Origin: Nemertoderma westbladi
Taxonomy: Eukaryota; Animalia; Xenacoelomorpha
Direction of reading: 5' to 3'
Assembly: GCA_032718475.1 (NCBI GenBank)
Contig: JAUCBJ010004238.1
Coordinates: forward strand, 1 to 47,826
DNA length: 47,826 bases
A program made the position numbers and the translations under genes. Shown here piece by piece: positions 9,451-21,612 of this stretch (positions are counted from its first letter, which is position 1; every line of letters starts with the position of its first letter). A model generated the notes under the pieces. That model was given only the letters and a program-made list of their open reading frames with translations, had not been told where the DNA came from and searched no databases.

Positions 9451-11406
9451 GTCAGAATATTCTCTCAGCTTTTCTATCTGTTTTATCATGGATTCACTAC
9501 GGTGAACAAACTTAGGGACAGGATGGCCGGCTAGAGATCGGGCCGCAGCAATGAACGGGAACATCGGGGGAATGTAGACGAGAGACAACCCGCAATACCA
9601 TCTAGAGTTATTCGCCCATCGCCTGAAAGGTTAGACAGCGTTCGATCCTTGCTACCTAAGTGTAAGACCAAAAGATCAAAAGGTAGACGTAGTGACACGC
9701 TGTAAGCCTAAAATTACATCATAGGGACTGTACTGTCTTGATTCAGGAAAAACCGCAGTAGACCTTCATATTCCTACGGGGGGAGGGAGAGAGCGCAGGC
9801 AGATACTAGTACGCAGATAGGACGTAGGCACACCGGTACGAAGCATACAATTGGTTAGGGTGCAGCAAACTGTACGCTTAACTCTTGCTAAGTACAGGTG
9901 TGTGTGCGACTATTTGTAGTACGACAGTGTCCATTGCATTAGAACTTGTAGGCTAGGGGGGTTGCTGTGTTTTCACCTGAATTAGGATTGTACCGTTCAG
10001 GCGGTAGGGCAGTTTACACTAGGCGCAAATAAATTGAGGCTATCCGGGATATACTAACATCTACCGTGTCCCCGCCAACGCCCTAATAGGAAGTTACCCG
10101 GACTACCTGGGTGACTAAAATTCTAGATAGGAGCCAGGATAGCTATTAGTACCCGTACGCCTACAGTAGTAAACTAACACATCTCTTCTTAGTATCAGGG
10201 ACCTGGTACCTAAAATTGCCGAATTCTGGGCGTAGTATTAACCTTATGCCTGAATTTGAGTCCTGGAAATACGCAAGAGGGGAAGGAACCTTATCATTCG
10301 TGAGTATTAGACCTACAAGTTACAAAATTAGAATATTCGTAAAATGCACACCGTACCCAGTAATTATATATGTGAAGGAGCAAAACTGCGTTGACCGTTC
10401 AGAATTGACACGCGCGCGTTAGAAATTATTTACACCTCAAAATATATAAAATTAACTTTCGTCCTTACTGCACTTTGCTCGCTAGTTAGACATCTCCAAA
10501 TATCTGCCTCTGTACCTAGCTAGCGTCCCTTTGCCCAACCATATAAATCACACCGCGGCAAAGTATACGAGCCCCTTAGTCCGTCAGTGAGTCAGCCTGA
10601 TTTTAGGATTCGCTGCGCGGGATTTTGTTTTATCGAAGTTTGTCTGCTCGTAGACTGTTTTCTGCCTCACCGGTTATAAGAGATCGATACTGCAATATAT
10701 TCGCTTACTTAGAGTTTACTGTTTTGGTGAGAAGGTCGGATTTATGATTTGATTCACAAACTTTACAGTAGGATATTGCAGGTATTGTTGCTGTCTCTTC
10801 AATTAGTAGGAATATGTTTTACTGAACTACGGTTCGGTAGGACTAAAGTTATTTGAAAATTCTGTATTTTGAGGTAAAATTTGTATTTGATTAGCTAAGT
10901 GCTAATTTTTTGAAATAAAATTTGATTTGAACCGCGTGTAAAATATTTTTGGAATTGAATACCGGTGTTTAAAAAAGGGTTTAAATACCATATTGTACCG
11001 GTACAAAATTTTCGTAAAGTAAAACCTAACTCTTTTGTTTTTCAGGATTCAGAACTCATTTCTAGACTGTAACGGGAGCAAGACCGTGTTTAGCAAGTTT
11101 GGGAGATAGATAACTCAACAACTTTGGTTGGGAAAATCGCGTTTCGTCCGCAACGTTAAAAACGGAAAGGTTCACGTCCGGTTTGTATCTGGGAATCTGT
11201 TTTTCTGGAGAATTATTGGAGTGGGTGAGTTCGAAAAGTTGCATAAATAAGTTAGGCATTACCGTATTAGTTAAAATTATTGTGGGTTCCACTGTCTCAA
11301 GTATTTATGCATTCCGTACGATTTCTTTGTTCATTGCTGAATTAGTCCGTATTATTGTATTTAATTTACCTTTTGATAACGCATATCGTTATCTGATTTG
11401 TTTGTT

Positions 11407-11531
11407 ATAAAATTGGCCGCTAGGCTAATTTTATTATATACTTATTCCGTGACATTTATTTGCTGTAAAATTGGCCGTTTAGGCTAATTTTATCCATCTG
11501 CTATAAAATCGGCCGGTAGGCTAATTTTATA
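11407..11531 (+). repeat. Three tandem hairpins in the 5' leader
   Basis: TAAAATYGGCC-loop-GGCTAATTTTA at ~11407, ~11466 and ~11502. Confidence 0.75.
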
Positions 11532-11614
11532 AGACTGTAATTAGTACCGTTTAGATACAAATACGGTAAGTTCGATACATTGACACTCACTTTACTTGAC
11601 TTACAACTACCGAA

Positions 11615-14600
11615 ATGAGTGACAAACAAGACTATACGAAGAATACACAAACCGACTATGACTCGTGTGACGCGGATAAGTCAGCAGCGGAAGGACAACA
11701 GGGGAAGACTCGCGAGCCTACCGAACCTACACCGTGTGCGTCACCAGTACATCCAACGGGAGTACCGGATGCCGTAGTACGAGGCGACGGCAGGACCGAG
11801 GACTTTCTAACTGTTCCGCAACCTAGATATAGGGAATCGGACATGGTAAGTTCAGTAGGAAGTCAGGAAAGCGTTGTTAGGAGCGTCGGTGGTTATATGG
11901 CGCATATTACCAGGAGTATTGGAGAAGGCCAACGCATATTAGATGGGTTGACCGCTCCGATGTCTCGATTCGAATTCTACACCCTCCAGGTTAGAGTACA
12001 GAGTAAAGTATATAAGTCCGTAGATAATCTAGTTGGCCTACAAGATCTAGCTAGACAGAGACAGGACATGGATACTCAACTTAGAATCCTCGAGAAACTA
12101 ATGATCGCTAGAGAGAAACTGATTCAGTTTAAGTCGACGATTAGACAGATACAACAGGTACAAGCAGACCAGTTGTTAGGCGAGTCAGTTTCGGACGAAT
12201 TATTACAGCCCGAGGAAGAACAGGAACTGTACCGACTGGATGGACAATTGAAACATCTGACGGACCACTTACGTATGTGCGGCGAAGACGTCGGCGATTT
12301 GGAAACCGTGCCGGAATATACGAGGGAAACTTCACCCGTACGAATCGAATCGGCACCGGGAATACTGGATCAATCTCTGGTGAGTATTCGTAGCGAAATC
12401 GGCGAGGGAAGTATGGCTACGTCAGAAATTGCTCGACAACAACAGCTCTACAGACAACAACAGGAGATGGAGGAACAAACTCAACTTCTAATGCTACAAG
12501 CAGCAGTAGAGGAAGAGAAGCTACGCGTTGCAAATATAGCAAGAATCTCCCATCTGCAAGAACAAGCCGAGTTGGAAGCAGCCGAGATGGAAAAGTTAGA
12601 GTTGGACATTGCGCAACAAACGGCAGCAGCGGCAGCGGCTGAGTCAGAGCGACAAGCGGCAGCGGCAGCGGCAGCGGCGGAGTTAGAGAGAAACCGGTTA
12701 GTTTTAGAAGCCAGAGCAGAGATGAAGACACGGCAAATAAAGGCCCAGTCAGCTATACGACAAGCGGAACTCGAGGCGCAACAACAACAAACGGAACAAC
12801 GCGAGAAAGAAGTTAAACTTCGTTTCGAACTCGAGAAGAAGGCGAGAGAATTAGCCAACGCCAAGGAAGACCTGGATCTACAAGCCCGCGATCGATCGAT
12901 GAGATCTCGAGACGGACATGACTTGGACCAGATAGAGGTAAGACATTGCCAAATTCAGGAACGAAAGAAAGAAGGAAGCGTAGGAGCACCCGGACGGGAA
13001 CGACAATTAGTAAAGGACTTGTGTCAACGATTCCCACAGGTAACTCATATGTTTGCACCGGTTACGACTAAGGAACCTGTTTCGATTGCTGGTAGTAGTA
13101 ATATTTCTCCTATCCATGGTGTGACGGAACACAGGTTTGTTATTCCGGACGAGTTTACACCGCCAAGAGCAACGTCGTCGCCTATTCCGAAAGTCAAGGT
13201 AAGTAACCCACCGATTACAGATCGTAGTAGTTTATTAGTCGAACCTGTATTACTGACGACTAAACAGGTGAGTCCACCTCTGACGCCAAAACCTGTTACA
13301 CACTACGCTTACCCAATGACGTTTAGGCCAACAAGGCCTTTGGATTCGAAAGCGGTCCAGTTTACATCGCAATCTACGACTTCGAGGAAGACTTGTGAGC
13401 CTACCGAACAACGGAGATCAGTGGACACGCGACCGCTCAACCAATTTACATCACAATCTACGACTTCGAGGAAGACTTGTGAGCCTACCGAACAACGGAG
13501 AACAGTGGACACGCGACCGCTCAACCAATTTACATCGCAATCTACGACTTCGAGGAAGACTTGTGAGCCTACCGAACAACGGAGATCAGTGGACGATGTT
13601 CCGAAGCGGAACGTTAGAATTCGTACGACACAACGGACGCGAGCACGTCGACCACCATATCCAGATGATAGTAGTACTTCGAGCGAATCGGATTACCCGA
13701 AACGCGAGGTATTTAGAACAGGGGCGGCCGATGAATATAAACGCGAGCGTTCAGACAACTCCTTTGCAGACAATCCTCCACAGAATACACCAACACAGAA
13801 GGCGTTACAACCAACGGACGCAATTAGTACACAACAGTTCGCCGACATTCTGCGACCAGTTGTCAATAAGTTGGCTCAGATCGAGGAACGTCTGGAGGAA
13901 GGTTACACCGACAGTTCGAGAAATTCCGAATTCGAACACAATAGACACCCGAAGGAACCACAAAGACCGGTACCTTCAAACCCCACATCGTATCAGGGAA
14001 AAGCGCCAAGAAGGGAGAATATCAACCTGGTTACCAACCAAGGACGCGAAACTCTGAACGTTGCCGAGGAGATAGCGAAATTCGCAGCCAGACAAGGATT
14101 GCCGGTACAACAACCACCGAAGTTTTCCGGTAGCTCAAAACACTGGCATACTTTCGTAGACTATATCGAATCCCAGATCGCCGTGTGCGCCTTTACATCA
14201 CGGGAGAAGTTCAATTACTTGCTCCAAACGTTGTCAGGAGAACCTAAACGTTTGGCGGAGACTTTCGTCGGTGTACCGGACGCTTTCGAACTAGCGTACG
14301 ATCGTTTAACTTCGATATACGGAGGTACAGTGAGCATGGCCAGGTCAGTAATAGTGTAACTCTGTAAGGGAGGGGCTATCACTAAACCCGTCGACTTACT
14401 AAAACTAGCTGACGAGATCAAGAACGCTATCACTACCTTAAGATCAATTGGACAACTTGATTACGGGAATACCCCTACAGTCCTATTAAAGATCATAGGA
14501 CGACTCCACCATCGACTTCGTCGGGAGTGGAGGAAGGTCGAATACCAGCGAGAGGAGCGGGGAGGATTCTTAAAATTAGAAGATGTGTACCTTTTAATAT

Positions 14601-17600
14601 CCAGGGAGGCGGTAGTAGAAACTCGATCTAACTACACCGACCAGCACATCGTGGCAGAAGGGATCACATTGCCATCCTCCAACCGACAAAAACCCCAGAC
14701 AACATCCACTAAGACGGCCACTTACACCACACCGACGGAATCACGACAATTCTCGGACGGTAGTAGGGTATCTGCGCCCATTGGGACAAAACAGACGAGA
14801 CAACAACTTGGTACCGACTTCAGTGGCTGCCAATACTGCGAGCATCTAGGTAAGCGGTATATCGGTCACAAGTTACGAGGTTGTCGACAATTTCGCGAGT
14901 TGAGCTCGGAAGAACGACGGCTGCAAATACGGCCACTGGACTCTTGTTGGCGGTGTACGCGACACGGACACGTCCGTAAAGATTGCCCAAATACCGACAC
15001 TTGTCCATCCTGTGGACGCAACCACGACGGTCTGCTCCACACAGACAGCCACACGCCGACGAAACGCTTCGCCAGGGAACACCCGGAAGCAGCAGCGAGA
15101 TGTGATGCGGCCTACCGAAAACGAGAATCGAAAACGACTCCAACCTTCGTGACACATATTGAGGATTGCTTCTCAGAACAATCCGGATCGTCGGACGAAG
15201 AATCAGAAGATGACGACGTATATTCCAATGGAGACGAACAACCGTCGATTGCGCTTCTGACTACTGACCAACTGAAGGGATTCAGTGTAATCCCGATTAA
15301 GATCACTGGCACAAAGGGGAGTAAGAGGATCTACGCGATTCTAGATTCAGCCTCATCTCACAGTTACGTGGATGAAAAGATAGCTGACGTCGTGACGGAT
15401 CTCAGACAAGGTAAGCACGTCAGTTATACAGTAAGTAGTATGCACGGACAGCGTGCAATACCAGTGACACGAGTTAAGTTGGACTTAGACTCTCTTCTTC
15501 CAAAATCGCAACACAGCGAGAGGGAGAGGTCTTTGTTACCCTTTAGAGATCTAACCTTTGCGGCCACGAAGGACTTTAGTAACCTACTAGGTCCAGTGCC
15601 GGAACAATCTCTAGAGGACCGTAAGTATTTCAGACACCTTGGTGTACCCGAATGTCCTGTCAATTATAGATCGGTAGCAATGCTGATCGGGACGGACCAA
15701 TTCAACCTACATCAGGTGTGGGAAACCAGACCATCGGCAGTTGTAGCGGGAAACGCATACGCCTGCAGAACGCCGATAGGGTGGTATACTCGAGCGCCTG
15801 TGCGCACACTAGACGTAAGTGACGAGGAAGACGATGTACAGAGTACATGTAGTTTATTAACTACAAATTCAATTCATTCCTTTTCACACGACGTGAACCA
15901 TACTACACTACAGTCGACAAAACATGACAGACGTGTAACTAGTATGATAAGTCACAAGGAGCAGCTAACCCACCAGGTGAGTTTAGAACTTGGGGAGAAG
16001 ACGAGTCAGCTAGAGATTCCATCGACGACAGATGATAGGCTTGCGAGTCTACCTACCCCAATAACCTCAACAGTGCCCGTCGATATCGATGATGACGCGT
16101 TGAAAATTCATCAAGTGGAACAAGCTGCACTGGACAAAGAATTAACGGAGAAGACTATCAGGTGGTTAGAACAAGATACAGCTGAACCTGGTAGCTACGA
16201 ACCTTGTATGTCGGAACAGGAGAAACAATCTCTGAAGATCATGGAAGATACTATCCGCCAGACGAAAGACGGACATTATGAGGTAGGGATGTTATGGCGT
16301 AGCCAAAGTCCTAAACTTATAAACAACTACCCACTGGCTTTAAGACGTCTACACTCAATACGGCAACGTCTATTAAAGGACGAGAAAGCCCATCTGCAGT
16401 ACAACACTCAGATGGAGACGTATTTGACAAAGGGATACGCTATCCGAATGACTAACCCGGAGATAGTGACTGACCAAACATATTACTTGCCACATCACTA
16501 TGTGAGACACCCCGACAAACCAGATAAAGTACGCGTAGTCAATGATTGTGCGGCTCTATTTGAGGGAATGTCCCTCAATAGTGAGTTGATGGATGGACCA
16601 AACATGAATAATTATCTTATGGGGGTGATTATGCGCTTCCGTCAGCGTCAAGTAGCCTTTACTTGCGACGTTGAAGCGATGTTTCACCAAGTGAAAGCGT
16701 TAGAGCGAGACAGAGACAGTTTGTGGTTCCTCTGGTATCCGGAAGGAGACTTAAGTCTACCACCAGCGACTTACCAAATGCAAGTTCGCGTTTTCGGTGC
16801 CAGAGACAGCCCAAATTGTACGATGTACGCCCTAAAGCAGGCCGCTAGGGATCAGAAACATCTATATGACCCAGAGATAATTAAAATCGTAGAACGTGAC
16901 TTTTACGTCGATGACGGTTTACAGAGTTGCGACACAGTAGAACGTGCTACAACAGTAGCACATCAATTACGGGACTGCTTAGCGGGCGGAGGTCTTAACC
17001 TCACCAAATTCGCCTCAAACAGTGCCGAATTAGTAGACTCATTCGGAACGACTGAGCGTGGAGGTGGTGACATAGACCTAGAGTTCGAACCACTACCGAC
17101 GACTAAGGTGTTGGGGCTCTTTTGGGACCCAAACACAGACAACTTTCGAGTGAAAGTGAGACTGGACAGTCAAGAGAACACACTGACAAAGAGATCATGC
17201 TTGTCAAAGTTGAGCCGATTGTTCGATCCGTTAGGATTCATCAGTCCAGTGATACTGCAAGCCCGCATTTATATGCGCAGTATATGGAAGGATGGACTAA
17301 CATGGGACGAGCCGATCTCATCAGACCAAGTGGACTTATGGAAGACCTGGGAGGCGGAATTATCTTCGCTAGAGGATTATTCCATACCCAGGGTTTACTT
17401 TCCATTACAAAGTACATTTCCTGACAACTTGGAACTACACTGTTTTTCTGACGCCAGTGACAACGGTTTTGGTGTGGCAGCGTACTTGCGCAGACAAGTA
17501 GACTCAGACGAGTTCGATGTTTCGCTCATTACTTCTAAGGCTAAGACCATGCCTACTAAGTATATGACGACACCACGAGCTGAGCTACAAGCCGCAACCC

Positions 17601-19248
17601 TGTCAACCACCATCGTGAACCTCATACAGACAGAACTACAGTCGAGTTTACAGATATTTTATTGGACTGACGCGACGCTGGTTTTATTTTACATAAACAA
17701 CGACACACTCGAATTCAAGACATTCATTGCTAACCGTCGCGCGGAAATTCTAGACCGTTCAATAAAAGGGGATTGGCGACATTGTCCCGGACCACAAAAC
17801 CCAGCTGATATTGCGTCGCGAGGAATGATGCCTGAGGAATTCTGTAAACCGGAGAACAAAGAATTTTGGCAACACGGACCCCAGTTCTTGCAGAAATCGA
17901 CACAAGATTGGCCTCCGTTATACGACAACAAATCTAACACTATCCCTAAGGACGCCGAAATCAAGAAACCAAAAAAGGGGAAGACAAAGAAAAAGACGAC
18001 GGCGGCAAAACTCAAGAAAAAACCAAAGGCGAAGTGGAAAGATATAACTTCAAAGGTCAAGAGAGGAAGACTTGCGAGCCTTTCTACACCAGACATATCG
18101 CCAGACGGTCAACCAGACACGTTACTAGACGGTCAACCAGACGTTTTGCCAGACATGTCACAAAATGTTCTACCAGACACTAGTAACACATTGACAAATA
18201 GTAAAGCCGCAGTTTCCCTATTGGAGCGGCCTTCTATTGACAAACAACCAGATACGTTACCAGACGTATCGCCAGACACATTACTAGACAGTCGACTAGA
18301 CATTTTGTCAGAAACATCACAAAATGTTCTACCGGACATTAGTAATGTATCGACTAACAGTAAAGCCGCAGTTTCCCTATTGGAGCGGCCTTGTATTGAC
18401 AAACTACCAATTTTGACACACTTGAGCAACCATAAACATGGTGAAACCTCATGTATTACAGATGTGGGTAGTACCTACGCTAATGTAAATACAGGTGTTA
18501 CTTTGCGCTCAAGAGACATACCGAACTTGCAACCTATGGTGAAACCTGGGATTAATGTCGGCAGAAAATTAAGTTTACCGAAACCTGCTGACCCCATAGA
18601 GTTCAAACCACCATTAACGATCGACTTACAAAGTACTGACGATCAAAGTAAGAAGACGAAGAAGGACAAATTACTTTTAGACCCGGACGGATCAACAGTC
18701 AACAAGGGAATACTTACCGGCGGACCCGTGGGCCCTTCTAGTAAATCAAAACCTTCCAAAATCTCCATTGACTTACCTGATGACGTCACAAATACTCATG
18801 TCGACCGTATTGTAAACCTAACAGATTCTTGGACAAACGCTTGCCGAAAATTAGCGTGGATTGTACGTTTTGTACAATACGTTAAAGGCAAACGTGACTT
18901 TACACGTCGACTTACATTGGCTGAGATTGACAGGTGTGAGATTAAATTAATTCGCCATTACCAACTGCGATATTTCGCGCGCGAATTCACATCTATAAAT
19001 CAAGGTCAACCAATCAAGTCGTCACCAATACTGAGTTGGAGTCCGATTATTTATAATGGCTTAATTTGTCATAAATCTCGGCTTCAAAACATTGACTTTA
19101 ACACAAACTTTAGATACCCGATAATAATACCGCAGCATCACGAATTGACGGTCGTACAGTAGACAGACCGACTCAACGTCTCGTACTTCTTGAAGAGACT
19201 CGTAACGAGTCTGGAGACTACAAATCTCCATCTAATACTAGTAAATAA
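11615..19248 (+). pseudogene. BEL/Pao gag-pol polyprotein; one in-frame TAA at 14357-14359; integrase deleted at ~19150
   Basis: PKFSG...W..F Gag region, triple Cys/His knuckles, protease ILDSAS, RT YLPHH/KVRVV/DVEAMFHQV/YVDD, RNase H FSDAS/PRAELQAA/NPADIASRG. The two ORFs share a frame and 14360-14584 is open. It ends YPIIIPQHHELT, then shifts frame to the terminal GRTVDRPTQRLVLLE motif. Confidence 0.93.
13358..13594 (+). repeat. 84-bp (28-aa) tandem repeat, ~2.8 copies, in gag
   Basis: QFTSQSTTSRKTCEPTEQRRSVDTRPLN repeated. Confidence 0.9.
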
Positions 19249-19909
19249 TTAGGAGTTTACAAATAGATTTCCACGTACCTGTACACCGTAGTAAGGACAG
19301 CGGTAGAATTCCATTGTCTTTATATGTGAACATTGAGGGTGGTACCCTTATGTGTCACATAGGAGCGGGATTTGTAGGTATAAGAAATGGAATTCTACTT
19401 GGAACTCACAATATTGAGACATTTTCGAAATTTTAGACAATCCATTTGGATTTGAAAAATTTTTAAAATTTTCTCCAGTGAATAGATTTCAGGGTACAGT
19501 CGGGTGGAACTTAAAATTAGAGAAACAAGAGAGGAAGACTTGCGAGCCTTTCTTAAAATTTTAATTAAATTTTACACGGTCTTGTTTCAATAAGTTACGC
19601 AAATAAATAGACTCCCCTATATTTATTACTAATTCTTGACTGCTTATTTTCTGATAATAGTTTGGGATCAAAAAGTGAGTATTTTAGACTCACAGCCAGT
19701 TTAGCCCAAATTCGTTTTTATTTCGGCAAAAATTTTAGATAAGAAGCAGCGTGTCATTAAAGAAACCCTAGATCTTAGGCTATGGGTAGGAGGTTAGAGC
19801 GTTGTCGAAGCCCAAAAGGCAGACGAAACTCTCACGTCTCCTCACAACTAACCACAAACTCTGTTGTATTCCCTCTAGTAGTAATGATTATGTAACTACA
19901 CCCCTAATT

Positions 19910-21612
19910 ATGGAGAAAGGGATACAAGGAGAGCCGAGATGGGGATATGATATCCAAGAGGAGGCAGCAGCGCCATTCGAAAGATTTGGAGCCAAGGATT
20001 ACACTATATTCGGTATAAAGGAATTATCAGAAAGTACAGCGAAGCTCGCAAAGACAGCAATGCCTTTACTCGAGCAGGATTTAGCATATTTCGAGACGTG
20101 TATCTTCGCTGTGCGGGATCTCTTATCGAAAGACCATCTATGTTTACATTGTTACCCTATGAAGGAGAACGTATCGTGGAAATTACGGATGAATCACGGC
20201 AGACGCGCGCGCCTATCGGTCACCTTGGTGATGAATTCGAAGTAACTACTACGATCGCCGACGATCCTTTAGAGGAACTTCTTGAGATAGAAAGGAACCT
20301 CCCGAAGAAATCTCAGACGGAGATTCGACAACTTGAAGCAACAGATGCTATAGTTTGTATACAACCTTCAGAAACCTACCAACCCATAGACCCAGATGAT
20401 TACGATTATAGTATGGGAGGAAGCGCTCGACCGATTGGAGATCTTATATACGAACGAGTGTGGTACCCTGCCAATACGATGTGTAGTAAATGTGGCGTCG
20501 CTGGACATCATATGGCAAAGTGCAGTGGAAAGCACATTACTACGACTCAGCTAATCTGTGGATGGTGTGGGGATCAAGGGTCTCATACCTTTTATACTTG
20601 CTGGAGATTTATGGCTCAATGTACTTACTGCAATATAAAAGGACATCGAGCATCTGAATGCCAACTAAGAGACATACCTTATGAACACGAATCTGTAAAA
20701 CTCGTGAGGAAGTTATTTGATGAGTGGGAAGATTTAGCCGACGAACATGTATCGGCACAAAGAAGACGGTTTCCGATGAGAGCGCATCTCGGATTTTGGG
20801 CGGTAAATCCCCAGACGATGATGTCGGAAGGATATATCTCCGCTATGCCCCAATATGACGAACTTATCGAGGTAGTCGATATTTTGCCCCACGACAGCGG
20901 ATTTCGAGTAGTGCGCGAGTATCTACTACAGATTCACCCGGATAACAAAAACACGTGGAATTTTCAGAAAGTCGTTAATCGCATTACGTATGGTGAATTC
21001 GATCGTTTCCGAACGGAAAAGCGGAACAAAGGAGCTTGGTTAACCGTCGCATGGGCGTACCGAGCCGCGTTTTACCACAAACGTATACGAGCGAGCGTAT
21101 TCGAAGAAGAGGAGGTCCTAGAGGCGACAAATATACCAGCCACTCCGGTTGCGCCGTCTGCACGTCACCCTCGGGAGGACGGACAGGGTAGGATCATACG
21201 GGTCCAGAAAGTGGGCCAACAATTGAAGAAAATTATTAATGTAGAAGAACGCAAGGGAGTTGAGCCGACCATTCGAGTTACTCGGGATACGGTATCACTT
21301 CCAAGAGAACCAGTAGGAGGATCGGGACATACACCAGCTGATCAACAGGGGGCGCAAGCTACTCTTGGGTCTGCGTCGTCCGCCTTTCGCGCGTTCCCAG
21401 ACGTTCTACCAACTGTAGTGACGACTGATCGGTCACGAGGAATCGGTCGAGGTTTTGGGATGCCAAATAGACGAATTTGCGAGGAAATAGTCGCACCGTC
21501 TCTCAACGTCCAAACGAAACCAGTGACTCGCCCCACGAGTCCCATATCGCGAGCAAAGTCACCTGTGCGCAGTTTTCGAGGACGCGGCAGGGCTCGATCC
21601 ACTAAGCGATAA
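19910..21612 (+). CDS. Accessory 3' ORF(s): triple CCHC zinc-knuckle protein with Arg/Ser/Pro-rich tail; overlapping upstream 111-aa ORF may be its frameshifted N-terminus
   Basis: CSKCGVAGHHMAKC, CGWCGDQGSHTFYTC, CTYCNIKGHRASEC; C-terminus RSFRGRGRARSTKR; long frame open 19951-21612 (first ATG 20140); ORF 19910-20245 overlaps in another frame. Confidence 0.8.

Larger units (their letters stand above)
8897..10805 (+). repeat. 5' LTR
   Basis: Matches 22334-24242 without indels; 4 substitutions spotted by eye; termini TATAG...AATTA. Confidence 0.95.

Noticed and set aside
9406-10422. Short ORFs within the LTRs (also 22843-23886)
   Set aside because: Non-ATG starts, no motifs, and one differs in stop position between LTR copies
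11656-18429. Antisense and alternate-frame ORFs over gag-pol
   Set aside because: Shadow ORFs of a long coding region without independent motifs
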